From Candidatus Latescibacterota bacterium (GTDB lineage Bacteria; Latescibacterota; UBA2968; UBA8231), in contig OZ241867.1 of NCBI GenBank assembly GCA_965203175.1, positions 5,888,001-5,952,000 on the forward strand: a stretch of DNA of 64,000 nucleotides, in the 5' to 3' direction. The notes under the pieces are model-generated. The model saw only the letters and a program-made list of their open reading frames with translations. It was not told the DNA's origin and did not search any database. Shown here in pieces: positions 37,577 through 47,749 of the stretch. Each line of letters begins with the position of its first letter. The stretch's first letter is position 1. Both the position numbers and the translations under genes were made by a program.

Positions 37577-38530
37577 GTGGATTTCTGGCGTGAAGAAATC
37601 TTTGTCCATCGCTTCTCCACGGCTGACTTTCTCGCCGCCTGTCACCAAGCGTTCGAGCGGTATGGCGCGGGGGTCATCGACAATCCACCGCGCACCGAAT
37701 CCGTCCAAAAGCGCGGGTCACTCGACTACTTTCGCTTGGATATGCCCGCCGAATGGCCGGGGAAGTTTCGCGCGCGAAAGATCATCGAAGAATTTTCAGA
37801 CGTGGCGACCGGACGACTGGCCAAGCGGGAGGCGTATATCGCATTTGAAGATCTGCAACAGGGCCGATCGTATCGGCTAGAGGCCGGGCACATCACCGAC
37901 TGGCGCACCGGCGCGGCGGGCGCGCTGGGTCTCCAATATCTAGCGGGCGCGGCCATCGAGCGAGTCGCCATCTTGGGAACTGGCCGGATTGCGCGGACTT
38001 TGGCCCTATCCTGCGACGCGCTCTTTGATTTGGCGGAAATTGCCTGCACGAGTCGCCGGGAGGCAAACCGGGCTGCGTTTGCCAAAGCGGTCGAGCCGGA
38101 CCTGCATGCGAGCCTGCGGATAGCAACGTCGCTAGAGACCTGTATCGCCGGAGCCGACGCCGTGCTGACGGCAGTGCCAACGCCGCAGCCCATTTTGACC
38201 TCCGCGGCCCTAGCCGAGGTTCCCTACCTCGCGATCCTCGCCGGGGATAGTCGCACGCGCCAGCTCGCGCCGGAAGTCCTCTATGAGCGCACGGTAGTCG
38301 TCGATGTGCTCGCCCAAGCCCAGAAGTCCGGGGAGTTTCGCTTTGCCGCCGAGCAGGGCCAAGCCGAGCAGATCGCCTTGGCGCGCAATGCCGAGGGCAC
38401 AGTACTAGATATCGGCGACGCCGCCTGCGGCCGGCTTGGCGCAATCGCGCCGAGCGTGGTTTATCTGACGGGGATGGGGGCGCAGGACTTGTGCGCGGCG
38501 GCCATGGTGTACCACCGCCTACTCACTTGA
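37577..38530 (+). CDS. Ornithine cyclodeaminase/mu-crystallin family protein, divergent
   Basis: ITDWRTGAAG, ILGTGRIA, GEF, TGMGAQDL.AA. Confidence 0.75.
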   Translation: MDFWREEIFVHRFSTADFLAACHQAFERYGAGVIDNPPRTESVQKRGSLDYFRLDMPAEWPGKFRARKIIEEFSDVATGRLAKREAYIAFEDLQQGRSYRLEAGHITDWRTGAAGALGLQYLAGAAIERVAILGTGRIARTLALSCDALFDLAEIACTSRREANRAAFAKAVEPDLHASLRIATSLETCIAGADAVLTAVPTPQPILTSAALAEVPYLAILAGDSRTRQLAPEVLYERTVVVDVLAQAQKSGEFRFAAEQGQAEQIALARNAEGTVLDIGDAACGRLGAIAPSVVYLTGMGAQDLCAAAMVYHRLLT

Positions 38531-41354
38531 ACAACCCCGAGTACTTAAAGGTCATAATGTAGTCCTGCGAGCCTTTCTTCTTGGCTCGGGGCCGACTGTC
38601 GTAAATATCCCAGCCGAAGCCGAAGAGAAACTGATCTTTGTAAAAGGAAACGGCCACGCCCAGAGAAATGGCCAGCGAGTTTCCGGTCGACAGAGCTTCG
38701 AGCACATTGCCAATGGCGGTGAAATGGATGCCGGAAATCAACGGATTATCCACGTTGTGCCAGCCGGCAAAGGCCAATCCAGGCAAGCCAATCAGACGCT
38801 CGGTTTGGCCTGGGACCGCGTTGCCGTCGACGTCGGTATAATTGCGCCCGGGGCGGATCGTCAAAAAGGAAACCAGCGGCTTGGCCTCAAATTCCCACTT
38901 CCAGCCCCCGGCTTCCAAAAGCTGCGACACGCTCTGCGGCGGGGCACCCGGGTAACTATGGGTAGTGATTTTGAGCCGCACTCGGCGATTGTCTTCTTCC
39001 GACAGCTGCAAGTTGAGATCCTCAGCCAGGACGCGCCCACCACTCGACTCGTAGATTGTGACCTTCTTCTTTTGGATACTGCCTTTGGGGGCGTAGTTTT
39101 CGTCGAGCCGGGTCCACTCAACGACCATCTCGCGACCGATCAGCACCCGCCGCAGCGAGTCGGGAATTGCAAAGGCCACATCCACTTTGGTGCCGTCTTT
39201 TTGCACGACGGGGACATTATTCCAGCCGACGGCCAAGGGCTGGGTCTTCTCGCCGCGCGAGACCAAAACCTCGACAATCTGCGCCAAGTCGATGTCTGCG
39301 AGCACCCCATCCCCTTTGTATTCGAGTGGACGGGCGCGATCCTTGACGTCGTTGCTGACCAACAAAACGCGTCCTCGGCGGTCGCCTAGGGCATCGGGCG
39401 TAAAAAAGAGCGTGAGGCGCGCGGACTCGCCCGGGGCCAGCGCGAATTGCGCCGGCTCAACGTGGGCCTCCTTGCTTTGAGGATGCGCTTCGACTTGCAA
39501 CACGGTATCGCCGACGTTGGTGGCCACTAAAGTCCTCTCCGTCTGCTCCCCCAAGACCACGTAGCCAAAATCGACGACACCCGCCGGATTTAACTCGATT
39601 TCCGCGGCCACGCCGTTGCCTTTGAGTAGGATGTCAAGCGCCATTATCTCATTCGCGCCCAAACCGTCCAAGCGCAAAGTCCCCGAAATCGCTCCGCGGG
39701 CCGACGGGCTAAAGGACACGTGCAGCGGCAAGGTGCGCTGGCTGTGGGCCGGCAGCAGGAACCTGCTGTCGGCGTCGATTGGGGTGTGGGCGGTAAATTC
39801 GGCGCTCGTCGAGCGAAGCTGGTGAATCTCAAAGTCGGCGTTGCCCACATTGGCTATCTCGACGACCCGGCTACTACTTTCGCCAACGGCAACGCGACCG
39901 AAGTCCACGGTCGCCGGACTGAGGGCGAAAAACTGACCTACGCCCTGCAAGCGCACGGTCTGACGCCTGGCTTCGGCCTCGACGTGGAGGATGGCTTGGC
40001 GAGCACCAGATTCCTTGGGCGAGAAACTCAGTGCCACTTGGGCACTAGCTTTAGGCTGAACGAGGACCGAGTGCTGTTCGAGACCGAATTCAACGCCCTC
40101 GTCAGCAGCCAAGGCAACCTTCACCACGCCCGGCTGTCCTCCCCTGTTCCACAACAGCAAATGGCCGTGCACGGTCCCGCCGATGGGCACGTTGCCAAAG
40201 TCAATGTCACCACTGATAATCTCGATGCTCGGCGGGCTAATTTGGCCGCGACCCGAGAGGGGGATGGCGACGGTGGCAGCTTGCGGATCGCTAGTGTATA
40301 GACGCAGGACGCCACTTTGGTCTCCTTCGCTCTGCGGCACAAACGCCGCGCTCAGGTCGAGCCGTCCCTCGGGAGCGATGGTCGCCGACGAGTCCCCGCC
40401 CCCGAGGGCAAAGGCCGCGCCCTCAATGGCGACGTTTTCAACGTGCAACTCGGCCTGGCCCTGATTGAGGACGGTCACGCGGTGCGCTAAGCGCCGGCCC
40501 ACTTCGACGGTGCCAAAATCGAGACCCACTTGCGGGAGAGGCGAAAAAGCCGCTTGCGGCACCAAACCACTCCCCCGCAGAGGAATGGACCAATTCCCAA
40601 AGTCGGGTGAAGTGACGACGAATTCAGTCGCGACCGGCCGCGCGCGCGTCGGGGCGAACGCAATGTCGATCCGCGTTTCACCGCTGGGGTCAGGCCAAGA
40701 GCCGACATCACCCTCAACGCTAAAGGGACCCCGTAGATCGACAACTTCCATCTGCCCAGCCATCACAGGTACGGTACCGGTGTTTTTGACGATAACAGCC
40801 GCCGTCGCCACTTGCCCGACGGGCACCGCGCCAAAATCCAGCCCTTCGGTCGGCAAAATCACCAAGGTCGGAACGACGGCTACCGCTTGGAGCGGCACGA
40901 CCAAGCGCTCATCTTTGAACAAGGCGGCCACCTGCAACGTCAGTTCGCCCACATACTCCCCGGCCACAGGGGCGCTGAAGCGCACTTCGAGGCTGCTGAC
41001 GCCCTTGCCGTCCAAGCGCAGCGTATCTGATAACGCGCTAAAGCCGTCGCCACTAATACCGACGGTCACCTCAAGTGCGTCGTCTTGCAGATTTTCGACG
41101 GAAACGGACGCTCGCGCCTCCACGCCGACGCCGACTACGCCCAAGTCGAGCGCATTCGGGGCAATGGCGAGGGGCTGGGCGAGCAGAACCGCTGGCAGAA
41201 TCAGGAGAGCGAGCAGAAGAAAAAAAGAAGAGCGACCAATCCGCCAGAATACCGAATACAATGTTTGTCGAAGTTCCACGTCGCAGAGGAGTGGAAAACT
41301 TCCTCTGAGGTATTCTTTACGCCGATTCAGGTCGCTCTCTATCATTCGAAACAT
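38523..41354 (-). CDS. Exported protein with six tandem ASH/choice-of-anchor D Ig-like domains
   Basis: Six (L/I/V)D(F/L)G.V..G...N repeats after a hydrophobic signal segment. True start is probably downstream of the annotated ATG. Confidence 0.78.
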   Translation of the reverse strand: MFRMIESDLNRRKEYLRGSFPLLCDVELRQTLYSVFWRIGRSSFFLLLALLILPAVLLAQPLAIAPNALDLGVVGVGVEARASVSVENLQDDALEVTVGISGDGFSALSDTLRLDGKGVSSLEVRFSAPVAGEYVGELTLQVAALFKDERLVVPLQAVAVVPTLVILPTEGLDFGAVPVGQVATAAVIVKNTGTVPVMAGQMEVVDLRGPFSVEGDVGSWPDPSGETRIDIAFAPTRARPVATEFVVTSPDFGNWSIPLRGSGLVPQAAFSPLPQVGLDFGTVEVGRRLAHRVTVLNQGQAELHVENVAIEGAAFALGGGDSSATIAPEGRLDLSAAFVPQSEGDQSGVLRLYTSDPQAATVAIPLSGRGQISPPSIEIISGDIDFGNVPIGGTVHGHLLLWNRGGQPGVVKVALAADEGVEFGLEQHSVLVQPKASAQVALSFSPKESGARQAILHVEAEARRQTVRLQGVGQFFALSPATVDFGRVAVGESSSRVVEIANVGNADFEIHQLRSTSAEFTAHTPIDADSRFLLPAHSQRTLPLHVSFSPSARGAISGTLRLDGLGANEIMALDILLKGNGVAAEIELNPAGVVDFGYVVLGEQTERTLVATNVGDTVLQVEAHPQSKEAHVEPAQFALAPGESARLTLFFTPDALGDRRGRVLLVSNDVKDRARPLEYKGDGVLADIDLAQIVEVLVSRGEKTQPLAVGWNNVPVVQKDGTKVDVAFAIPDSLRRVLIGREMVVEWTRLDENYAPKGSIQKKKVTIYESSGGRVLAEDLNLQLSEEDNRRVRLKITTHSYPGAPPQSVSQLLEAGGWKWEFEAKPLVSFLTIRPGRNYTDVDGNAVPGQTERLIGLPGLAFAGWHNVDNPLISGIHFTAIGNVLEALSTGNSLAISLGVAVSFYKDQFLFGFGWDIYDSRPRAKKKGSQDYIMTFKYSGLFK

Positions 41355-41375
41355 ACGCTTAAATAACCTACCGTG

Positions 41376-42542
41376 TCAAGCAGAGAGAATCTGTTTCAAG
41401 CCCCCGACGAGCCGATCCATGCCTTCGGCCACATCTTCTTGGCGCAGGGCACCGTAGGCAACGCGCAAATAGCAGTCCGCGCTCAATCCAAAAGCATTAC
41501 CGGGGATGACGGCGACCTTGTGTTCCCGCACCAAGCGAGCGACCACATCCATGGCGTCGAGGTCGCTTTGCAGACGCGCCAATAAATAAAAGGCTCCTTC
41601 AGCAGCCGGCACCTGCACCCACTCGCCGAGCGCTTCGAGTCGCTCTAGGCAAAGCCGACGCACCGCATCCATATCCGCTAGATGATTCTTACAGTATTCA
41701 GCTCCGGCCGCGAGGGCACCGAGCGCGGCGCGTTGCGAGATGACCGGCGGGCAGATGAGCACGGTATCTTGAATCTTTTCCAGCGCACCCAACAGGTGCC
41801 GTGGGGCCACGAGGTAGCCGACCCGCCAACTGGCGAGACCGTATGCCTTAGAAAAAGAAAATAGCGAGATCGTGTGCTCGGCGCTTTCGGGCAGTGAGCC
41901 GGGCGAAAAGTGCTGCGCCGCACCGTAAGTGAAGTACTCGTACGCCTCGTCGGCAAAGTGGTAGAGGCCCCGCTCGCGGCAGAGCCGATTGACCGCTGCC
42001 AAGTCCGCGGGCCGATAGACCGCACCCGTTGGGTTGTTGGGAGAGATCGTGACAATGGCGCGGGTGCGCGCTGTAATCGCAGCCTCAATCGCATCGAGGT
42101 CGAGCTGATAGGCATCGTCCGTAGCCACGAGCACGGCCCGGCAATTGGCCATGCCTACGGCCATTTCGTGGTTGAAGTAAAAGGGTGACATCACGACGAT
42201 CTCATCGCCTGGGTCGGCAACGGCGAGCAAGGCGTGGTAAAAGCCCATATTGGAGCCGGCCGTGACCATCATGATCTGGTCGTCGCCCACCTCGATTTGA
42301 TTTTCGCACGCGAGTTTTTGGCGCAGTTCTTCCCTGAGTTCGGGCAGACCGCGGGCAGCTTGATAGTGGTGTTCGACAATCGCGCTGCCGAAGCGGGCAA
42401 GGGCCTGCATGACCTGCGGCGGCGGCGGGTAGTGCACCACGCCCTGGCCGAGGGAAATGGTGCCCGGGTTGTCGCGAATGAGGGCGGCCACGTGCGGGAT
42501 CACCGGGCTCTGTACTGCCTGCATGCGCTTTGAGTCGATCAT
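41376..42542 (-). CDS. PLP-dependent aminotransferase class I/II
   Basis: SPNNPTG, DEAY, SFSKAYGLASWRVG. Confidence 0.92.
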   Translation of the reverse strand: MIDSKRMQAVQSPVIPHVAALIRDNPGTISLGQGVVHYPPPPQVMQALARFGSAIVEHHYQAARGLPELREELRQKLACENQIEVGDDQIMMVTAGSNMGFYHALLAVADPGDEIVVMSPFYFNHEMAVGMANCRAVLVATDDAYQLDLDAIEAAITARTRAIVTISPNNPTGAVYRPADLAAVNRLCRERGLYHFADEAYEYFTYGAAQHFSPGSLPESAEHTISLFSFSKAYGLASWRVGYLVAPRHLLGALEKIQDTVLICPPVISQRAALGALAAGAEYCKNHLADMDAVRRLCLERLEALGEWVQVPAAEGAFYLLARLQSDLDAMDVVARLVREHKVAVIPGNAFGLSADCYLRVAYGALRQEDVAEGMDRLVGGLKQILSA

Positions 42543-43441
42543 AGCACGTCCTGCAGCAGGTCGAACAGACGATCAATTTCAGCGCGCGTTTCCGCATCGA
42601 GCGCAAAGCTCAAAGGGCCGCGGTGGACTTGGTTGGGAAAGAGGCCGCGCTTGTGCATGAGGTAGCGCTCAACCACGATGAAGCCGTCCAAGCCCCCTTG
42701 GATCTGCAAAGTACACAACGCGCAGATGGGGAAATAGATCTGGTACGCGCGCTCTTCGTCGCCGGCTGCGAGGGCGCGCCACAAGGCCACCGTCCCATCG
42801 AGCAACTCAACGCCAGGAATGGTACCGCGAATGCCTCGACGGAAAGAATCAATCAGCAGTAAGCCACCGCTGCCTTCAAATATGCCGGACCGGCCCTCGG
42901 TGTGGTCGCGCAGGGCCGAAATGCAAGGCCCCAAGGGAGTGGCCTCGGGTTTGAAGAGGACGCGGTCGCCGTAGTCGCCAAAGAGCGACGCTTGAAATTC
43001 AATGCTCATCGGGTTGCCGACATACGAGCTGGCGTCTTGGATCATGACCGGGATGGAGACCTCGGCGAGCAGGGCGGTAAAATAGGCGCGCAATTCACTC
43101 TCCCCCAAGGCGCGGGAGATCGGCGGAATGGCCATGACGGCCGCTGCACCGCCGTCTTCCGCGGCACGGGCGTAGAGCCGGGCTTGGGCCGTGCCCTCGG
43201 CCCCAACGCCGATGATGACCGGCCCGCGTCCGCGGGCGAATTCCACTAGCCGCGCCGGAAGCGCCAGCCGCTCGTCAGCCGTCAGACGCAACAGATCGGA
43301 TACCAAGGCGAGGCAAAACCCGTGCGCCCCTGTCTCGAAAAGGTAATCGACTTCGCTTTCCAATACGGCGTAATCAATGGCTTGGTCGTCGGTGTACGGC
43401 ATGTGGACGACCGGCAGGACGTCTTTGATTTCGTAGCTCAT
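42539..43441 (-). CDS. Dihydrodipicolinate synthase/N-acetylneuraminate lyase family protein
   Basis: LTADER, AEDGGAAAVMAIPP, IQD, FKPE Schiff-base Lys. Confidence 0.82.
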   Translation of the reverse strand: MSYEIKDVLPVVHMPYTDDQAIDYAVLESEVDYLFETGAHGFCLALVSDLLRLTADERLALPARLVEFARGRGPVIIGVGAEGTAQARLYARAAEDGGAAAVMAIPPISRALGESELRAYFTALLAEVSIPVMIQDASSYVGNPMSIEFQASLFGDYGDRVLFKPEATPLGPCISALRDHTEGRSGIFEGSGGLLLIDSFRRGIRGTIPGVELLDGTVALWRALAAGDEERAYQIYFPICALCTLQIQGGLDGFIVVERYLMHKRGLFPNQVHRGPLSFALDAETRAEIDRLFDLLQDVL

Positions 43442-44292
43442 AGTCGTTGGCCTCGGCGTGCACGGCGTAGAATAGCAAAGAGTTGTTCGGCGATCTCGTC
43501 GTTGGCCGCCGCCAAAAAGTGCCCGAATTTGCGGCGCTGAGTATAAGTCGGTCGGCGGCGTTGTCCAATGTAGCAGCGCGCCCCGGCTTCTTCGGCAATC
43601 AGCGACGGCGGGCCCACGTCATAGACTTCGACTTGGCGCGTCAGGTACGCACACAGCGTGCCCTCGGCGATCTCTGTGAGGACCAATGCCGCCCCAATGG
43701 GACTTTCGCGCGGATTCAGCGCGGGGCGGACGAGGGCCTGATAGGGACGAGCCTTGGAAGAAATAAAGGCTTTATTCGTGCGCGGTTCGCCGGGTAGCTG
43801 CAAGCGACGCGGGCGACCATCGCCGACGCGCACAAAAGCACCCGCACCTTTAATGGCCGTAAAAATTTTGTCCTCTGAGGGCCGCGCGACAATCGCGGCC
43901 AGCATCTGGCCGTCGCAAGCCAAGCCGATGACAATGTGATAGGGAGCGTCGCCCCGCTTGAAGTGCAAGGTGCCGTCAATGGGATCGAGAATGACCGCAT
44001 AGGGCGAGGTGTTGCCGGCAAAGCGCTTTTTGAGCGGCGTGCGCTCTTCGGCGATGCAGCGCACAAACGGGAAGTGCTGGAGCACGGCTGCGAGGAGGAT
44101 ATCCTGCACGGCCGCGTCGAGGACCGTGAAGGCCGTGGAGGCGTCCTGCGCCTTGCTGCCGGTGAGGCTCTTGTCCGCAGCCTTGCCAATGTCGGCGACT
44201 TGGCCGTAGAAAATTAGCGAGGCGCGGGCGCACTGGCCGACGACCGGCAGCAGCGCGTCGATAAAGTCGTCGGGGTTGATGTTTTCGGCCAT
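43438..44292 (-). CDS. Inositol monophosphatase family protein
   Basis: T..D, IAEE, LDPIDGT, YD......IAEEAG. Confidence 0.85.
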   Translation of the reverse strand: MAENINPDDFIDALLPVVGQCARASLIFYGQVADIGKAADKSLTGSKAQDASTAFTVLDAAVQDILLAAVLQHFPFVRCIAEERTPLKKRFAGNTSPYAVILDPIDGTLHFKRGDAPYHIVIGLACDGQMLAAIVARPSEDKIFTAIKGAGAFVRVGDGRPRRLQLPGEPRTNKAFISSKARPYQALVRPALNPRESPIGAALVLTEIAEGTLCAYLTRQVEVYDVGPPSLIAEEAGARCYIGQRRRPTYTQRRKFGHFLAAANDEIAEQLFAILRRARRGQRL

Positions 44293-44302
44293 AATCTTGA
44301 GT

Positions 44303-44342
44303 AATAAAAGCGCCCGGCTTCCTCGTGAGAGGAACCGGGCGC
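44303..44342 (-). terminator. Intrinsic terminator after the Mo-subunit gene
   Basis: Minus strand GCGCCCGGTTCCTC...GAGGAAGCCGGGCGC followed by TTTTATT. Confidence 0.75.
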
Positions 44343-44367
44343 GAACGGGCGGCCCTGTAACGGCTCC

Positions 44368-46677
44368 TCAGCCGGCCGCTTCCTCTAGCTGATGCTCCTG
44401 TAAGGCGGCGACGACCCGATCCGGACTCATGGGCAACTCACCCAAGCGGCAACCTATGGCATCGTACATGGCGTTGGCAATGGCGGCCATCGGCGGCACC
44501 AAGGGCACTTCGCCGACGCCGCGAATCCCGTGCGGGCTGGCCGGATTGGGCACTTCGACCAAAATCGTCTCGATCAAGGGGATGTCAAAGGTAGTCGGCA
44601 TCCGATAGTCGAGGAAGGTCGGGTTGGCCATCTGGCCATCGTCTGTGTAGAAGTAACCCTCTGTGAGCGCCCAGCCAATGCCCTGCACGGCCCCGCCTTG
44701 GATCTGGCCCTCGACGTACGAGGGATGGATAGCCTTACCCACGTCTTGGACCGCCGTATAGCGCAAAATCTCGACCTTGCCGGTGTCTGGATCGACCTCC
44801 ACATCGACGATGTGCACGGCAAAGGCATTGCCCGGACCGCCAGCGTTGATCGTGCCTTTGCCGGTGATTGGGCCGCCAGTGCTGCCCTGGTTGGCGGCGA
44901 CCTCCGCAAAGGTGAGCCGCTGAGCGGGATCGGATTTGCAGACAAAGCTGCCGTCCTCAAACTCGACGTCGTCCTCGGCGACCTCTAGCTGCCGCGCAGC
45001 GCGCCGACACATCTCGGCCTTGACGTCCTCGGCCGCGTTGTAGCAGGCGTGCCCCGTGGCATAGCACACGCGACTGCCGCCGGTGCCACCGGTGAAGCCA
45101 ATCGAGCTGGTGTCCGGGATCGAGGGGTTGATGTCCTCGGCCCGCAGCCCCAAAGTCTCGGCGACGATCATGGCCATAGAGGCTCGGCTGCCGCCGATAT
45201 CAACCGAGCCTTCAGTCAAGTTGATCGTGCCGTTGTCGTTGACCGCAATGGCGGCCGAAGACATGCCGCCGCCGTTGAACCAAAAGCCACCAGCCACGCC
45301 GCGTCCCCGATAGGGGCCTTCGAGCTTGGTGTGGTAGTGCTCTGAGTCCTTGGCGGCTTGCACGGTTTCTTCGCAGCCGATCTGCCCGTACACCGTGCCG
45401 TCGGCACGGCGCGTTCCTTCTTTAGCGGAGTTCTGCAACCGCATCTCCAGCGGGTCCATGCCGATCTTTTCGGCCAACTCGTCGATGACGCTCTCCGAGG
45501 CAAAGGCCGCGTTGGGGGCCCCAGGGGCGCGATAGGCCGAGGACTTGGGCTTGTTGACGACCACGTCGTACGCGTCAATGGTGACGTTGGCGATGTAATA
45601 AGGCGCGAGGATGCACTGAGCTCCCGCCCCCACGGCCGAGCCGGGATAGGCCCCGGCCTCGTACGCCATGTAGCAGTGGGCCGCGGTGATGGTGCCGTCG
45701 TTTTTGGCCCCCATCTTAATCTTCATATAGGACCCAGGAGCCGGGCCAGTCCCCTGAAAAACCTCGGTGCGGCTCATGATCATTTTGACGGGCTGGCCGG
45801 TTTTGTGCGACATAATGGCCGCGGCTGGCTCCATATAGGTGGGGAACTTGCCGCCGAAGCCACCGCCGATCTCGCAGGGGATAACCTTGACCTTGGAGAC
45901 CGGCACGTTGAGCACTTCCGACACCTGCGAGCGGATCTCAAACGGCCCTTGCGTGCTCACCCACACGGTGACGCTGCCGTCGTTTTTCCACCACACGGTC
46001 GTGTTGTGCGGCTCAATGTACCCTTGGTGAATGGTGGCCGTGTGGAATTCGCGCTCGACGATCTCGTCGGCCTCGGCAAAGCCCGCTTCGAGGTCGCCCA
46101 TGGCGTGTTGATTGTGGGTGGCGATATTGCTCTTCTTGCCCGTATCTTCGCCGAGCGCGCGCGTGGTGCGCTCTTCGTCGAGGAGCGGAGCGTCGTCGCG
46201 CATGGCCTCGCGGATATCCACGACCGGCTCCAAGACCTTGTATTCGACCTCGATTAGGTCGAGGGCCTCTTCGGCGATGTGGGGGCTGACCGCGCACACG
46301 GCCGCGACCGCGTGGCCCGTATAGAGCACCTTGTCTGAGGCCAGCGAGTTTTTGGCGATTTCGCGGACGTTAACGGTGGTTTCGCCGATATTAGAGAGCT
46401 TATCGACGGTCTCGACCAAGTCGTTGGCCGTGGCCACGGCGCGCACTCCGTCGAGCGCGAGGGCCTTGGAGGTATCGATCGAGATAATCTCGGCGTGGGG
46501 ATGCGGGCTGCGCAGGACCTTGCCGTAGAGCAGGCCCGGCAGGCGCACATCGGCCCCGTACACCGCGGCACCAGTGACCTTATCGACGCCGTCGTGGCGG
46601 ATGGGGCGGGTGCCGATGACTTTGTACTTGCCGTCGGACGTGTAATCGGGATAATCTTTGCTGGAAAAGGCAGCCAT
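44368..46677 (-). CDS. Xanthine dehydrogenase family molybdopterin-binding large subunit
   Basis: KVTGAAVY, LRSPHPHA, GGGFGGK, AYRAPG, EGQIQGG..QG.G, GVGE. Confidence 0.92.
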   Translation of the reverse strand: MAAFSSKDYPDYTSDGKYKVIGTRPIRHDGVDKVTGAAVYGADVRLPGLLYGKVLRSPHPHAEIISIDTSKALALDGVRAVATANDLVETVDKLSNIGETTVNVREIAKNSLASDKVLYTGHAVAAVCAVSPHIAEEALDLIEVEYKVLEPVVDIREAMRDDAPLLDEERTTRALGEDTGKKSNIATHNQHAMGDLEAGFAEADEIVEREFHTATIHQGYIEPHNTTVWWKNDGSVTVWVSTQGPFEIRSQVSEVLNVPVSKVKVIPCEIGGGFGGKFPTYMEPAAAIMSHKTGQPVKMIMSRTEVFQGTGPAPGSYMKIKMGAKNDGTITAAHCYMAYEAGAYPGSAVGAGAQCILAPYYIANVTIDAYDVVVNKPKSSAYRAPGAPNAAFASESVIDELAEKIGMDPLEMRLQNSAKEGTRRADGTVYGQIGCEETVQAAKDSEHYHTKLEGPYRGRGVAGGFWFNGGGMSSAAIAVNDNGTINLTEGSVDIGGSRASMAMIVAETLGLRAEDINPSIPDTSSIGFTGGTGGSRVCYATGHACYNAAEDVKAEMCRRAARQLEVAEDDVEFEDGSFVCKSDPAQRLTFAEVAANQGSTGGPITGKGTINAGGPGNAFAVHIVDVEVDPDTGKVEILRYTAVQDVGKAIHPSYVEGQIQGGAVQGIGWALTEGYFYTDDGQMANPTFLDYRMPTTFDIPLIETILVEVPNPASPHGIRGVGEVPLVPPMAAIANAMYDAIGCRLGELPMSPDRVVAALQEHQLEEAAG

Positions 46678-46776
46678 GAGGCACTCCTTCATTTATATAT
46701 GGATTAGGTACTTTCAGAAAATTCGCAATCCGTCTTAATCTGAATGCGATAAACTGCGCCGTCAAGTGAGCTTTTA

Positions 46777-47496
46777 ATGGCAATCGCTTGGGAAATCCCG
46801 TCGGGCTGGCCTCGGCTCAGCGACGATGAAATCCACGTCTGGTGCGTCGAGTTGGACGCGGCTGGTGAAGTGGCCGCACTCGCGGCTTGTCTGAGCGAGG
46901 AAGAGCGCGAGCGAGCGAGCGGCTTGCTCTCCGGCACCCATCAGCGGCGCTTTGTGGTGGCGCGGGGGATGCTGCGCCAGCTTCTGGGGCTATACCTCGA
47001 CCAAGATCCCGGCGCGGTGACTTTTTCGCGCGGCGCGCACGGCAAGCCCTTTCTGCAAGAAGGCGGGCCGCATTTCAACGTGTCCCACACCCACGAGCTA
47101 GCCCTGTATGCGATAGCGCGCGACCGCGAGGTCGGCGTTGATGCGGAGTGGATGCGCCCCCAAGTCGCGCACGAGCAAATTGCCGCGCGCTTCTTTTCGC
47201 TAGAGGAGCAGGAGGCACTGGCGCAGGTGGCGGACGAGGAGCGGCGGACGGCTTTTTACAACATCTGGACGCGCAAGGAAGCCTATGTCAAAGCGCGGGG
47301 CGACGGCATTGCCGCTGGCCTTGGCACCTTTGCGGTGTCGCTGGGAGCAGAGGCGGCGCTTTTGCACTCGGACGAGGGGCGGGACGAATTGGAGCGGTGG
47401 AAGTTAATCGCTTTGGAACCGGCGGACGGATACGTCGCGGCTTTGTGCGGGGCTGGCGTGGACTGGCAGGTGCAGGGTTGGCGCTGGCGGCCTTAG
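46777..47496 (+). CDS. Sfp-type 4'-phosphopantetheinyl transferase
   Basis: HGKP, FNVSHT, VGVDAE, WTRKEAYVKARG.G. Confidence 0.92.
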   Translation: MAIAWEIPSGWPRLSDDEIHVWCVELDAAGEVAALAACLSEEERERASGLLSGTHQRRFVVARGMLRQLLGLYLDQDPGAVTFSRGAHGKPFLQEGGPHFNVSHTHELALYAIARDREVGVDAEWMRPQVAHEQIAARFFSLEEQEALAQVADEERRTAFYNIWTRKEAYVKARGDGIAAGLGTFAVSLGAEAALLHSDEGRDELERWKLIALEPADGYVAALCGAGVDWQVQGWRWRP

Positions 47497-47542
47497 CAAG
47501 CGGCTCGCCTTCGTGCGCGCCGCTCCCCACATGGAACCGTCC

Positions 47543-47749
47543 TCATTGAAGCGTATCTCCAATGAGGCTGCTGCCGTCCGCGGCTATCACATAAAGCTCA
47601 GCATTCCCATCGCGCTCGGACACAAAGGCGATGCGTTGGCCGTCCGGAGACCACGCCAGATAACAGTCGTTGCCGGCGTCGTGCGTGAGGTTGGTTGCGA
47701 CATCGCAGCCGAAAACTAATCCTATGAGACAGCCGATCATTGCCTTCAT
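47543..47749 (-). pseudogene. Small lipoprotein-like ORF with one PD40/TolB repeat, probably a relic
   Basis: MKAMIGCLIGLVFGC lipobox; AWSPDGQRIAFVSERDGNAELYVIAADGS. One blade cannot form a propeller. The ATG abuts the IS-like element. Confidence 0.6.

Noticed and set aside
44368-46677. Aerobic CO dehydrogenase CoxL
   Set aside because: Lacks AYxCSFR and has no coxM/coxS neighbours.
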